A stretch of DNA of 64,000 nt from an uncultured Pelagibacteraceae bacterium (GTDB lineage Bacteria; Pseudomonadota; Alphaproteobacteria; Pelagibacterales; Pelagibacteraceae): the NCBI GenBank assembly GCA_902635795.1, contig CACPPH010000001.1:16244-80243 (forward strand). The letters are read 5' to 3'. The position numbers and the translations under genes were made by a program. The notes under the pieces were generated by a model. The model had not been told where the DNA came from, searched no databases, and was given only the letters and a program-made list of their open reading frames with translations. Of this stretch, positions 27,706 through 37,128 are shown in pieces (the first letter of the stretch is position 1; each line of letters opens with the position of its first letter).

Positions 27706-28745
27706 TTTTTACCAACAATCTCTAAAAATTCAGGAAAAATTAATTCACTGATTTTTTCTGAGCCTTTGGGTGTAGTATGAATACCATCCCACCAATATTC
27801 TTGCTTTCCTTCAAGTTTTTTTGCCAAGTCAATACACGAATAACCCTTTTTTTCACAATGAGATATTAGAGAATAATTAAGTATAAATAATTTCTTATTA
27901 TAATTTCCTTTTTCAGTAAGTTGATTGATAAAAATTGGTTTAGCATTCATTAACTTTGAATAATTAACCAATGTATCTATATTAGACAAATAATTCCTAA
28001 TTAAAGAAATATTTTCCTCTTTAAGTTTTTCTATATCAAAATTTTTTTTTGCTTCTTCAAAATTCAAAAATTTAAAATCTTCAATTTTTTTTTCTTTTAT
28101 TCTTCTATTAAAATCATAAGTCACTTGTTTGCCTTTATTATAATACTTATGTTTTATTTTTCTTAATAAATCATAAAAAATACTTCTAGATTTAAAGTTA
28201 TCCTTAAACCTTTCTAATTTTGAAGGATTTAAAACGTGCCCGTCTTTTGTTTTTTCAACAGTATTATCTAAAATATGATCATTGATACCTACATAAAAAA
28301 TAAAATAATCCGGTTTGAATTTATTTAGTTTTGGAAACCAAACTTCAAAATTATAAATATGCCCCAAAGTAGACTGCCCCTCAATTCCTGCATTTACTAT
28401 TTTTAAATTAATATTATTTTTGGAAAGTTGTTTGTTAAGGAATCCTACTATTGTATATTCCTCAGGTTTATATCTTTCATCTGCTGTGCTTCCACCAATC
28501 ATCACAGCTTTTATTTTTTCAAGCTTAGTCTCTTCTCCTCTAAAACCAAAATAATTTCTTTTGTATACATATTCATATACTTCATCATTGTACTTTAAAG
28601 AATAAAAATTTTTTTTCATTCTGTGCTCTCTCATGTAAGGCCCAATATTATTTGGATCAAACCAATATCCAAATATTATCTCTATACCTATAATTGAAAC
28701 AAAAAGGATTAAAATATTTATCGATAAGATTTTAAATATTTTCAT
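27702..28745 (-). CDS. Membrane-anchored SGNH/GDSL hydrolase-fold protein
   Basis: N-terminal TM, GGST, NAG, GIND, DGIH. Confidence 0.8.
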   Translation of the reverse strand: MKIFKILSINILILFVSIIGIEIIFGYWFDPNNIGPYMREHRMKKNFYSLKYNDEVYEYVYKRNYFGFRGEETKLEKIKAVMIGGSTADERYKPEEYTIVGFLNKQLSKNNINLKIVNAGIEGQSTLGHIYNFEVWFPKLNKFKPDYFIFYVGINDHILDNTVEKTKDGHVLNPSKLERFKDNFKSRSIFYDLLRKIKHKYYNKGKQVTYDFNRRIKEKKIEDFKFLNFEEAKKNFDIEKLKEENISLIRNYLSNIDTLVNYSKLMNAKPIFINQLTEKGNYNKKLFILNYSLISHCEKKGYSCIDLAKKLEGKQEYWWDGIHTTPKGSEKISELIFPEFLEIVGKN

Positions 28746-28747
28746 TG

Positions 28748-29536
28748 TTATTTTAGAATAGAAGAGGGATCCAGTTTTACATCAAACCAATTTAATCTTA
28801 TATCTAAATGAGGACCTGTTGCTCTACCACTTTGCCCTAGAGTTCCAACAATTTCACCCTTCTTAACTTTCTGACCTTTCTTAACATTTATATCCTTCAT
28901 GTGCATGTACAATGTACTTACGCCATGACCATGATCAAAAATGATAGTTCCACCTGTGAAGTACATATCATTCGCTACTAACGTGACAACTCCATCCATC
29001 ATGGATTTAACTGGAGTTCCTTCTGGAGCATGAAAATCTATGCCATAGTGAGGTCTTCTTGGTTTACCGTTTAAAATTCTTTGACTGCCGTAAACACCTG
29101 TAATTATATATTTATCAATAGGATAGATAAATTTATCTTTAAAGAATACTAGCTTACTATCGATAGCTCTAGCTTTGCCAATTAAAATGTTATCTTTTTT
29201 AATTCTCTCATAAACTTCTGGTGGAGGTGTTACCTGTTTTGGTGGTAGACCATCAATTCTTTGTATTTTATATTTTCTTTTAAAAACCTTTTTTTCAATT
29301 AACTTAGTTTCTTTTCCAGTTTTTACTTTAATTAAAACATTATTTTTTCTATCTCTATCTAATCCAAAAGCAAAATATCCCTCACTTGAAACTCTTACTT
29401 TTCTATCATCAATAAATACTTTTGAATTTGGATCTGTTTTTCCCAAGATAAAAGAACCTTGTTTAAAATCTCCCAAAAATTCAACTGAGTGAGAAATATT
29501 AAATATTAATAAAAAAAATACTATAAATTTAATCAT
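28748..29536 (-). CDS. M23-family metallopeptidase
   Basis: HYGID, DHGHG.ST.Y.H, GRATGPHL. Confidence 0.9.
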   Translation of the reverse strand: MIKFIVFFLLIFNISHSVEFLGDFKQGSFILGKTDPNSKVFIDDRKVRVSSEGYFAFGLDRDRKNNVLIKVKTGKETKLIEKKVFKRKYKIQRIDGLPPKQVTPPPEVYERIKKDNILIGKARAIDSKLVFFKDKFIYPIDKYIITGVYGSQRILNGKPRRPHYGIDFHAPEGTPVKSMMDGVVTLVANDMYFTGGTIIFDHGHGVSTLYMHMKDINVKKGQKVKKGEIVGTLGQSGRATGPHLDIRLNWFDVKLDPSSILK

Positions 29537-30105
29537 AATATAATTTTTAAATCCTCATATATTAATTGGATTGCTACGATTAGTATTGCAAATAATCCAA
29601 CCCAACTAATCCAAGAATATTTTTTAATCAGTTTCGCAGTATAATTAGCTGCAAAAGCCATTAATAGTATTGATAGACCTAAGCCAAAAGCAAGAAGAGT
29701 ATAATGATCTCCTGCTGCACCAGCTACACCTAAAACGTTGTCTAAGCTCATTGTTACATCTGCAAGAATTACCGTAAAGATTGCTTTTTTAAGATTTGAG
29801 TTATCAACTTCAATATTTTTTTCTTCAATTTTATTTTGAATTACATCTCTATAAAGTTTGTAGCAAATATAAAGTAATAAAATACCACCAATTAATCTTA
29901 AACCAGAGATTTGTAATAAATAAGCTGTGATTAAAGTAAAAAGAATTCTCAAAACAACCGCTCCACCAATGCCCCAGAAAATTATTTTTTTTCTATTCGA
30001 GTCATCAAATTTTGAAGCAACCATCCCGATAATAATTGCGTTATCTCCTGCTAGAACTAAGTCAATAAGGATGATTTCTATCAATATAATTAGTTGCTCT
30101 GTCAT
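29533..30105 (-). CDS. TerC/YjbE-family membrane protein
   Basis: IDLVLAGDNAIII, ADVTMSLDNVL. Confidence 0.9.
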   Translation of the reverse strand: MTEQLIILIEIILIDLVLAGDNAIIIGMVASKFDDSNRKKIIFWGIGGAVVLRILFTLITAYLLQISGLRLIGGILLLYICYKLYRDVIQNKIEEKNIEVDNSNLKKAIFTVILADVTMSLDNVLGVAGAAGDHYTLLAFGLGLSILLMAFAANYTAKLIKKYSWISWVGLFAILIVAIQLIYEDLKIIL

Positions 30106-30127
30106 ACTGAAATTTATATTCTATTAA

Positions 30128-30889
30128 TTGATGAACTATAAAAATATTAAGGTAGAAAAGCGAGAAAATTACGCAATTATTGAAATTGCTAACAATAAAA
30201 ATAATAGTTTAGATCAAAAAACCCTTAATGAAATTGGAGATGCAACCAAAAATTTGAATAAATTAAAAGAGATTAGATGCATCGGTTTAATTGGAGGTTC
30301 AAAGTTTTTTTCACCTGGTGCTGATATTAAAGATTTAGAAAAACTAGACTCCAAAAAAGCTAAGAAACAAAAACTTTTTTCTAAAGTTGATGATTTACAA
30401 AAAATCGATATTCCAATTATTTCATTTGTTGAGGGTTATGCTTTAGGAGGCGGTTTTGAACTTGCTCTTACAAGTGATTTAATAATTGCAAGTTCAGCAG
30501 CTAAATTTGGATTACCGGAAATTAATTTAGGATTAATTCCAGGCATTGGAGGAACCCAAAAAACAAAAAGATTTACCTCAAATCAAAATGTTAAATATTT
30601 AGCAATGTCAGGAGAAATTATTGATGCTGAAACTGCAATGAAGTATGGGATTGTTTCACAAATTATTCCCAAAGAAAATTTTAAAGAATTTACTTTAAAC
30701 TTTTTAAAAAAAATTTCATCAAAGCCAAAAAAGTCACTAAAAATAATTAAAAATTTAGTTAACTCAGAAGAAAATTTAAAAAAATTACTTAAAAAAGAGA
30801 GACAAGAATTTTATAAATTGCTTGATAGCGAAAATAAAAAAATTGGCATAAAAAGTTTTCTCAATAAAACTAAGCCTAATTGGAAATAA
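30128..30889 (+). CDS. Enoyl-CoA hydratase/isomerase family protein
   Basis: FSPGADI, GYALGGGFELAL, FGLPEINLGLIPG.GGTQ. Confidence 0.9.
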   Translation: MMNYKNIKVEKRENYAIIEIANNKNNSLDQKTLNEIGDATKNLNKLKEIRCIGLIGGSKFFSPGADIKDLEKLDSKKAKKQKLFSKVDDLQKIDIPIISFVEGYALGGGFELALTSDLIIASSAAKFGLPEINLGLIPGIGGTQKTKRFTSNQNVKYLAMSGEIIDAETAMKYGIVSQIIPKENFKEFTLNFLKKISSKPKKSLKIIKNLVNSEENLKKLLKKERQEFYKLLDSENKKIGIKSFLNKTKPNWK

Positions 30890-30975
30890 ATCATCTTCAA
30901 GTTGTAGACAATTTGCATACCTGTAATAAAATTTTAACATAGTTAAACTATTCTAAATTTAATTAAAATTTACTT

Positions 30976-31359
30976 ATGAAATTTAAATTTATTTTAATTG
31001 CAACTCTGTTATTTATGGGCTCAGCGATAGCTGCAGGACATATAACAAAAGCTCAAAAAGAAAAAACAATAGAGTGTTTAGGACACTACAGCGCTACAGC
31101 TGTTTTGCCTGCAGAAACTATTGAGGTTAAAAATATGGAATTAGCTTTAGCTTCGGTAAAAGTAATTAGGGAGTATCTTGCATCTGAAGGTGTAAAAGAT
31201 GATGAAATGAATAAAGGTATGAATGTTTACGTAGATAAAGTTTATGGCAAGCCTTTTAATAAATCTAAGAATACCGAGTGTAATAAATTTATATATAAGC
31301 AGATTAAAGGTTCAGAGGAAAAAATTGAGAAATTATCCAGAACAATTTACGCAGGATAG
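30976..31359 (+). CDS. Exported hypothetical protein (two Cys; predicted mature N-terminus AGH)
   Basis: Signal peptide ending AIA; first gene of a tight seven-gene run. Confidence 0.7.
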   Translation: MKFKFILIATLLFMGSAIAAGHITKAQKEKTIECLGHYSATAVLPAETIEVKNMELALASVKVIREYLASEGVKDDEMNKGMNVYVDKVYGKPFNKSKNTECNKFIYKQIKGSEEKIEKLSRTIYAG

Positions 31360-31361
31360 AC

Positions 31362-31649
31362 ATGAGCGGATACGTGATTGCTAATATAGACGTTAAAAAT
31401 CCCGAAGCTTATAAAGAGTATGTTGGTAAAGTAGTACCTACGGTTCAAAAATTTGGAGGGGAATACCTTGTTCGTGCTGGTGAATACACAGTGATTGATG
31501 GTGAATGGAAATACCCTAGAACAGTAGTAATTAAATTTCCAACATATGAAAAAGCTTTAGAGTGGTATGACTCTGAGGAATATAAACCGGTAAAACCAAT
31601 TCGATTAGCAAATTCAGTTGCCAATGGAATAATAATTAAAGGAATTTAA
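31362..31649 (+). CDS. DUF1330-family protein (dimeric alpha+beta barrel)
   Basis: Y.EY.......KFGG.YLVRAG....DGEW...R.VVIKFP....A..WY.S.EY. Confidence 0.9.
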   Translation: MSGYVIANIDVKNPEAYKEYVGKVVPTVQKFGGEYLVRAGEYTVIDGEWKYPRTVVIKFPTYEKALEWYDSEEYKPVKPIRLANSVANGIIIKGI

Positions 31650-31664
31650 ATAAAAGGAAAAAAA

Positions 31665-31955
31665 ATGGAAAAAGAAATGTTAGTACATCTTAAATTCAAA
31701 GAGGGCAAATTAGAAACTTTTACTAGCTGGATGCAATCAGATGAAGGTATGGGCGTTAGAAAGAGTGTTGCTTACCCAGAAAAAACCGTCGGGGCTATGA
31801 TTCCTGATAAAAGCGGAATGTTATTTAAAGTTAATGTTCATAACGAAGCTGGGATGAAAGAGTTTGTAACTGGGAACAATCCTACAGCTAAAGCGATTTA
31901 TGCAGAATGTGTAGATAGTGCTCAGTTATATGAGCTATCAAAAATAAATCTATAA
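31665..31955 (+). CDS. Small hypothetical protein, probable ferredoxin-like/ABM-type fold
   Basis: 96 aa; VHLKFKEGKLETF resembles the ABM first strand-helix; AAGGA RBS. Confidence 0.6.
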   Translation: MEKEMLVHLKFKEGKLETFTSWMQSDEGMGVRKSVAYPEKTVGAMIPDKSGMLFKVNVHNEAGMKEFVTGNNPTAKAIYAECVDSAQLYELSKINL

Positions 31956-31965
31956 AGGAGGAAAA

Positions 31966-32253
31966 ATGAAAAACTATATGGTAACGCATACTTTTAAGTC
32001 TGCCGAAATGAAGAAAAAATTTACTGATACAGTGGCTTCTATGAAGATGGAAGATATTGTTAAGAGCATGAAAAGTGACAATGCAGCTTGTCAAATGACT
32101 TGGAACACGCCAGGAGATACAATGGAAATGTATTGTTGGTGGAAAGGTAAAGATGAGCAAGCAATTATTAATCAACTAGGTCAAATGAATGATTTTTTCA
32201 CTCCTCATAAGTTTGTTGAGTGCACAGATCAAGTCATGGACTATAACGCATAG
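31966..32253 (+). CDS. Small hypothetical protein, DUF4242/SCO4226-like
   Basis: 95 aa; MKNYMVTHTF...MYCWWKGKDEQAI pattern; AAGGAGG RBS. Confidence 0.6.
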   Translation: MKNYMVTHTFKSAEMKKKFTDTVASMKMEDIVKSMKSDNAACQMTWNTPGDTMEMYCWWKGKDEQAIINQLGQMNDFFTPHKFVECTDQVMDYNA

Positions 32254-32260
32254 GATATTT

Positions 32261-32677
32261 ATGATCGATAAATTTGGAAACGCATTTTATTTAATAATTT
32301 TCTTAGCACATTTTATTATAGTTGGTAGCTACGCTTACCAATTAGTCTTTGATACGAAAAAATTTCTAAAGGGTAGAGGAGTTGATAAAACTGCTACCTT
32401 GATTACGAGATTTGCAGGCTCATTCATGATCGCTACTGTTCTAATGGCAATATATATCGCTTTTATAAGACCAGGTGGTGTAGAGGCTACTTGGGCCTTC
32501 TTTAACTTAGTTTTTATAATGAATGTTTCGATATTAGTTGTTAATTTTTATACATTAAAGATTGATAAAACAGGTTTAACTAAAAAAACTAGAAACGATG
32601 GAATATATGCTCCACTCGTCCTTGTTATTATCAGTGCTATTCTTTGTTACGGTTTAGCAGATAAAATTTACGTTTAA
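32261..32677 (+). CDS. Four-TM hypothetical membrane protein
   Basis: Start moved to ATG 32261 (AGGA RBS, just after the previous stop); four hydrophobic segments. Confidence 0.7.
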   Translation: MIDKFGNAFYLIIFLAHFIIVGSYAYQLVFDTKKFLKGRGVDKTATLITRFAGSFMIATVLMAIYIAFIRPGGVEATWAFFNLVFIMNVSILVVNFYTLKIDKTGLTKKTRNDGIYAPLVLVIISAILCYGLADKIYV

Positions 32678-32685
32678 GGAGATAC

Positions 32686-32979
32686 ATGGCAAAGTTCATG
32701 AATATTGTTAGATGTAAAGTTAAATCATCTAGCAGAGAAGAATATTTGAAAAAAATAGATGAGATGCCAAAGTTCGATGGGCAGACTTCAGCTAAGTATG
32801 TTGAGACAAAGCCCAACGAATTTTTTATGATAGGTGAATGGAATTCTGAAGATGATATTGCTAAAGCAAGACCAAAAATGATTGCATTCTTGGACACACT
32901 TCGGCACACTTTAGAAGAGCTGTCATCAGATTTAGGAGTAACAGATCCTCATTCTGGTACAGTTGTAATCGAGAAATAG
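32686..32979 (+). CDS. ABM/DUF718-like small barrel protein
   Basis: NIVRCKVK, IGEWNSE....ARP.M...LD..R..LEE....LGVTDP.SG; AAGGAG RBS. Confidence 0.7.
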   Translation: MAKFMNIVRCKVKSSSREEYLKKIDEMPKFDGQTSAKYVETKPNEFFMIGEWNSEDDIAKARPKMIAFLDTLRHTLEELSSDLGVTDPHSGTVVIEK

Positions 32980-32992
32980 GAAAGGGGTAACA

Positions 32993-33316
32993 ATGGCAAA
33001 ATTTTATACACTTGGATGTTACACAGCTAAAGGTCTTGGAGGATTTGTAAGCAATCCATCTACAGACAGAAAAGCTGCTACATCTGCACTTGCTGCTTCT
33101 GTGGGAGCTAAAGTAACTCAATACTCAGGCCTTAGAGGAAAATATGATTTTATGGCAGTGATTGAGGGAACTTTTGAACAAGCTGCTGCAGCTGCAATGG
33201 TTGCTGTTTCTAGTGGTGCCGTTTCAGATTTTACAATTTTAGAAGATGTAAATCTAAATGAGATAGCTAAAACTGCTCAGAAAATGGCTTCATCATACAA
33301 AGAGCCTGGAAAATAA
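32993..33316 (+). CDS. GYD-domain protein (dimeric alpha+beta barrel)
   Basis: YT..G..G......DR..A...LA.SVG.K......GKYD. Confidence 0.85.
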   Translation: MAKFYTLGCYTAKGLGGFVSNPSTDRKAATSALAASVGAKVTQYSGLRGKYDFMAVIEGTFEQAAAAAMVAVSSGAVSDFTILEDVNLNEIAKTAQKMASSYKEPGK

Positions 33317-34024
33317 TTATTTTCTGTAGCTAATACATTTTAAGGTATCAGTGAATTTTATTTGATTTTTATACTTTAATTTAATTTCACTGATACCTAG
33401 ATTAATTTCTTTATTACTCATGTTTAATAAGCATGAAATGTATCTTTCTCTGATCATTCTTATGTATTTTTGTTTCGAGATATTTACTTTAAAGTTAAAG
33501 TTTGTGTAGCTTATTTCTTTTAAGTTTTTTTTAATTATCTTAAATAAAACTTCATCTCTTTTTAAACTTTTTTCTAAATTTTTTCTCATTTTTTTAAAAC
33601 AAGGTATTTTATTATCATTTGTTTTAAGTGAAAAAATTAATATTTTACCTTTGTTATTTAAGCTTTTCTGAGCAAGATTTATAAGACGATTTAAATTTGA
33701 TTTAGAAAAAAAATGAATAGTTTGTTTGATTAAAATTAGATCGTATTTTTTTTGTTTATCTAAATATTTAAGGGCATCTACTCTCTTAAATATAATATTC
33801 TTTTTAACATCTTTATTTGCAACAATATCAATTCCTATAGGTTTATTTCTAAATTTATATTTCTTTTGAAGGGCGGAAATAATATTTGCTCTCCCGCATC
33901 CAATATCTAATATTTTTGAATTTTTATTAAAATTAATTTTTTTTTTAAGAAATTTATTAAATTTAGAGATATATGATTTAGATGATAGCCAGGTTTTATT
34001 ATCCCAGTTTTTTAAATTTTTCAT
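33317..34024 (-). CDS. Class I SAM-dependent methyltransferase
   Basis: ILDIGCGRA, GID, YDLIL.KQTIH. Confidence 0.85.
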   Translation of the reverse strand: MKNLKNWDNKTWLSSKSYISKFNKFLKKKINFNKNSKILDIGCGRANIISALQKKYKFRNKPIGIDIVANKDVKKNIIFKRVDALKYLDKQKKYDLILIKQTIHFFSKSNLNRLINLAQKSLNNKGKILIFSLKTNDNKIPCFKKMRKNLEKSLKRDEVLFKIIKKNLKEISYTNFNFKVNISKQKYIRMIRERYISCLLNMSNKEINLGISEIKLKYKNQIKFTDTLKCISYRK

Positions 34025-35175
34025 TTATTCAAAAATGTTGATATTCTGTCAGCAATAATTTTATAGCCACTTCCATTAAAGTGGACATCATTGTAAATAA
34101 AATTTTTACCAATAGTTTTATAAACATTCTCCTTCAAAAATTCATCATATACAGACAAAGTTTTAATCTTATTATTTTCTAGTAATGGAATTATAAAATC
34201 TAAATATTTGTTTCTTACTTCTTCATCTTCAATCTCAAAGGACCATGGATAAAGTACTACAATTAAATTAATATTTTTTTTATCCAGATAATCTTTTAAA
34301 ATCTTCAAATTTTCGATTGAAAAAATGATATTTTTCTTAGCTTTATTTTCCCATCCAGCACCAACAAACCAATTTTTAATATAAGGTCTATTGTTAATTG
34401 ATTTAATTGCCATGATTTCTAGATCTGTAATTTGAAAAAAGCTTTTATTTAGTTTTTTTGATAGTGAAATTCTTTTATTTAAATTTGAAAAAAAATTTTC
34501 TAAGATGTCAGTAAAAATTTTTATCATTTTTCCTGAGATTGTTTGTTTTGTATAAAATCTCCAAAAACTTAAATCTTGTAAATCAACAAAAAAATCTTCT
34601 TTTCTCTTGTGTATGAATTTACCTTTAGTATTTTTAAAAATATTAGGTCTATTAAGATACATCTCGTCATCAAGAACATCGCTTTTATCCAGCATAACAA
34701 TTACATCTTTTATTTTTAAATCAGGATTATCATCGAGTATTGTTTTAATTTTCTTCAAATAAATATAGCTTGAGTAAGAGGAAACACCTGCATTTAAAAA
34801 TCTGATTTTTTCTTTAAGATTATTTGAATTTTTATTCAGCTTACCAACTAAAGTATCATCGTATTCTAAACCTACGCCCTCAACGAAGCTATCTCCTATA
34901 ACGATTGAAAACTTTTCATTTCTGTTTAGCGGTCTTGAGGATTCATCTCTAAACCCTAAGTCATTTGTAGATACTTTATAAATATTTCCATAATATTGAG
35001 AATTAAAATTTGCAGATTTTTTAAATGTATATTTATAGTCTTTATTAAATATTCTATTTTCAAAACTTTCTTTATTGGCGTTAACCATATTCTTTTCTAA
35101 AAAATTTAACAAAAATAATTGAGAAAAAATTAGATCAATTATTAAAAAAAAAAAAACGAAGAAAATTTTTTTCAT
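34021..35175 (-). CDS. Membrane-anchored SGNH hydrolase-fold protein
   Basis: TN.LGFRD, GDSFVEG, NAGVSSYS, DVHFN..G. Confidence 0.8.
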   Translation of the reverse strand: MKKIFFVFFFLIIDLIFSQLFLLNFLEKNMVNANKESFENRIFNKDYKYTFKKSANFNSQYYGNIYKVSTNDLGFRDESSRPLNRNEKFSIVIGDSFVEGVGLEYDDTLVGKLNKNSNNLKEKIRFLNAGVSSYSSYIYLKKIKTILDDNPDLKIKDVIVMLDKSDVLDDEMYLNRPNIFKNTKGKFIHKRKEDFFVDLQDLSFWRFYTKQTISGKMIKIFTDILENFFSNLNKRISLSKKLNKSFFQITDLEIMAIKSINNRPYIKNWFVGAGWENKAKKNIIFSIENLKILKDYLDKKNINLIVVLYPWSFEIEDEEVRNKYLDFIIPLLENNKIKTLSVYDEFLKENVYKTIGKNFIYNDVHFNGSGYKIIADRISTFLNK

Positions 35176-35490
35176 TATAGCGTTATTGCTGTTTTTACTG
35201 GTCTCTTTGATCTAGATAAATAAGGCAAATTATCTGGGTAAGTGATATTTTTTTTAATTAGCATTTATATTTTCTCACAGAAGCTTCAGCTAAAATTAAA
35301 TTTGTATTTATTCCTAGCTAAGGAATAAATTTTATCTTTTTAATTGTGATATCAAAAATTAAACCTAATTTAAACATGATAAATTTGCAATTCGTATTAA
35401 TTCATGTTGGAAACATTTTTTTAAGATATTTTCCACAATGCCAACCTTGAATTATTTTAATTTTTTCATGATATTTAGATAGCATTCAAA
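35175..35490 (-). pseudogene. Possible degraded gene relic
   Basis: Unusually long spacer with fragments MLSKYHEKIKIIQGWHCGKYLKKMFPT* and MLIKKNITYPDNLPYLSRSKRPVKTAITL*; the latter ends in a TAATG overlap with the SGNH gene. Confidence 0.3.
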
Positions 35491-35514
35491 AAATTACTTT
35501 GTTATAATTTAACT

Positions 35515-36852
35515 GTGAGTACTTCATTTCAAAACAAAATACCAAATTCATTAAATGAACATTGGATGCCTTTTTCATCTAATAAAGATTTTAAGAAAAA
35601 TCCTCGTATTATTGTAAAGGCTGAAGGCATTTACTTAAAAACTCACGATGGAAATACTTTAATTGATGGTAGTTCTGGGTTGTATTGCAATCCTCTTGGA
35701 CATGGACGAAAAGAAATAATTGAAGCAATCAAAAATCAACTAGAGAATTTAGATTACACAATGCCCTTTCAACAAGGATATGGAGGCTCGTTCGAATTAG
35801 CATCTATGATTGCTAAAAAAACACCAGAAGATTTAAATAGAATTTTTTATACAATTTGTGGATCTACTGCTGTAGAGACAGCGATAAAAATTGCAGTAGC
35901 CTATTTTAGATCAATTGGACAAAATAATAGATTTAAGTTTGTAGGAAGAGAAAGAGGTTATCATGGTATGAATATTGGTGCTTTAACAGTTGGTGGAATT
36001 CCAAATAATTCAAAAGAATTTAAAAATATTTTAATGCCAGGTGTAGAGCACATGAGACATACTTTTTTACCTGAACATAAGTTTGTTAAAGGTCAACCTG
36101 ATACAGGATCTGAGCTAGCGGATGATTTAGAGGTTATTACTAAAAAATTAGGTGGTGAAAATATAGCCGCATGTATTGTTGAACCAATTGCAGGCTCTAC
36201 TGGTACTTTAATTCCTCCAAAAAATTATTTACAAAAATTAAGAAATATCTGTGATAAGCATGGCATACTTTTAATTTTTGATGAAGTAGTAACTGGTTGG
36301 GGAAGGACAGGGTCGGCATTCGCATCTCAAGAATTTGGCGTAACACCTGATATCATTACAATGGCTAAAGCTACAACAAATGGGATTGTACCTATGGGAG
36401 TAGTAGCAGTAAGAGAAAAAATTTATCAGTCAGTTATGGATGCTTCTCCAGATGGAGCAGTTGAGTTATTTCATGGTTACACTTACTCTGGAATACCTGT
36501 GGCTGTATCAGCAGCTATCGCTGTTCAAAAAATATTTGAAAAAGAAGATATTTTTAAAAGAGTAAAGAAATTATCAAAATATTTTGAGGAAGGCCTCCAT
36601 TCATTAAAAGATTTAAGTTGCGTTGATAGTATTAGAAATTATGGACTGCTTGGCGGAATAGATATTTCGATGCGAAACAAGCCAGGAAAAGCAGGCTTTA
36701 ACGTTTATAAAAAATGTTACGATGCAGGAGTAAACATTAAACCGACCGGAGATGCCCTAATTATCGCTCCACCTTTTGTTTGTGAAAAAAAAGATATTGA
36801 TGAAATTATAAATAAAATGCGTGAAGGGATATCAAATCACATCAAATCATAA
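35515..36852 (+). CDS. Class III omega-amino acid:pyruvate aminotransferase (beta-alanine type)
   Basis: HWMPF, GSTAVETAIKIA, GYHG, EPIAGSTG, FDEVVTGWGRTG, DIITMAK, HGYTYSG. GTG start. Confidence 0.9.
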   Translation: MSTSFQNKIPNSLNEHWMPFSSNKDFKKNPRIIVKAEGIYLKTHDGNTLIDGSSGLYCNPLGHGRKEIIEAIKNQLENLDYTMPFQQGYGGSFELASMIAKKTPEDLNRIFYTICGSTAVETAIKIAVAYFRSIGQNNRFKFVGRERGYHGMNIGALTVGGIPNNSKEFKNILMPGVEHMRHTFLPEHKFVKGQPDTGSELADDLEVITKKLGGENIAACIVEPIAGSTGTLIPPKNYLQKLRNICDKHGILLIFDEVVTGWGRTGSAFASQEFGVTPDIITMAKATTNGIVPMGVVAVREKIYQSVMDASPDGAVELFHGYTYSGIPVAVSAAIAVQKIFEKEDIFKRVKKLSKYFEEGLHSLKDLSCVDSIRNYGLLGGIDISMRNKPGKAGFNVYKKCYDAGVNIKPTGDALIIAPPFVCEKKDIDEIINKMREGISNHIKS

Positions 36853-36944
36853 CTGTTTATTCATTTTGGGCCGAATCACTTTTTCTAGACCAATTTGATC
36901 AAAAAAATTATTTAAAATGTTCCAAAATATGATTTAATTAAATC

Positions 36945-37127
36945 ATGAGTACTCAATATAAATTCGATAATCACATAGAAGAAGTGAAACAACAGAATAA
37001 AGTTAAACTCACTGATTTGCTGAACCGAATTAATGAAGAAAAAAAAATTGAAAGAAACAGAAATTTAGCTTTGAGCGTTGCAGCGGTATCTGCAGTGACA
37101 GTTTTCGGGATTATTCTTACTCTTTAA
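36945..37127 (+). CDS. Small C-terminally anchored hypothetical protein (60 aa)
   Basis: LLNRINEEKK..R followed by a C-terminal hydrophobic helix. Confidence 0.6.
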   Translation: MSTQYKFDNHIEEVKQQNKVKLTDLLNRINEEKKIERNRNLALSVAAVSAVTVFGIILTL

Positions 37128-37128
37128 A

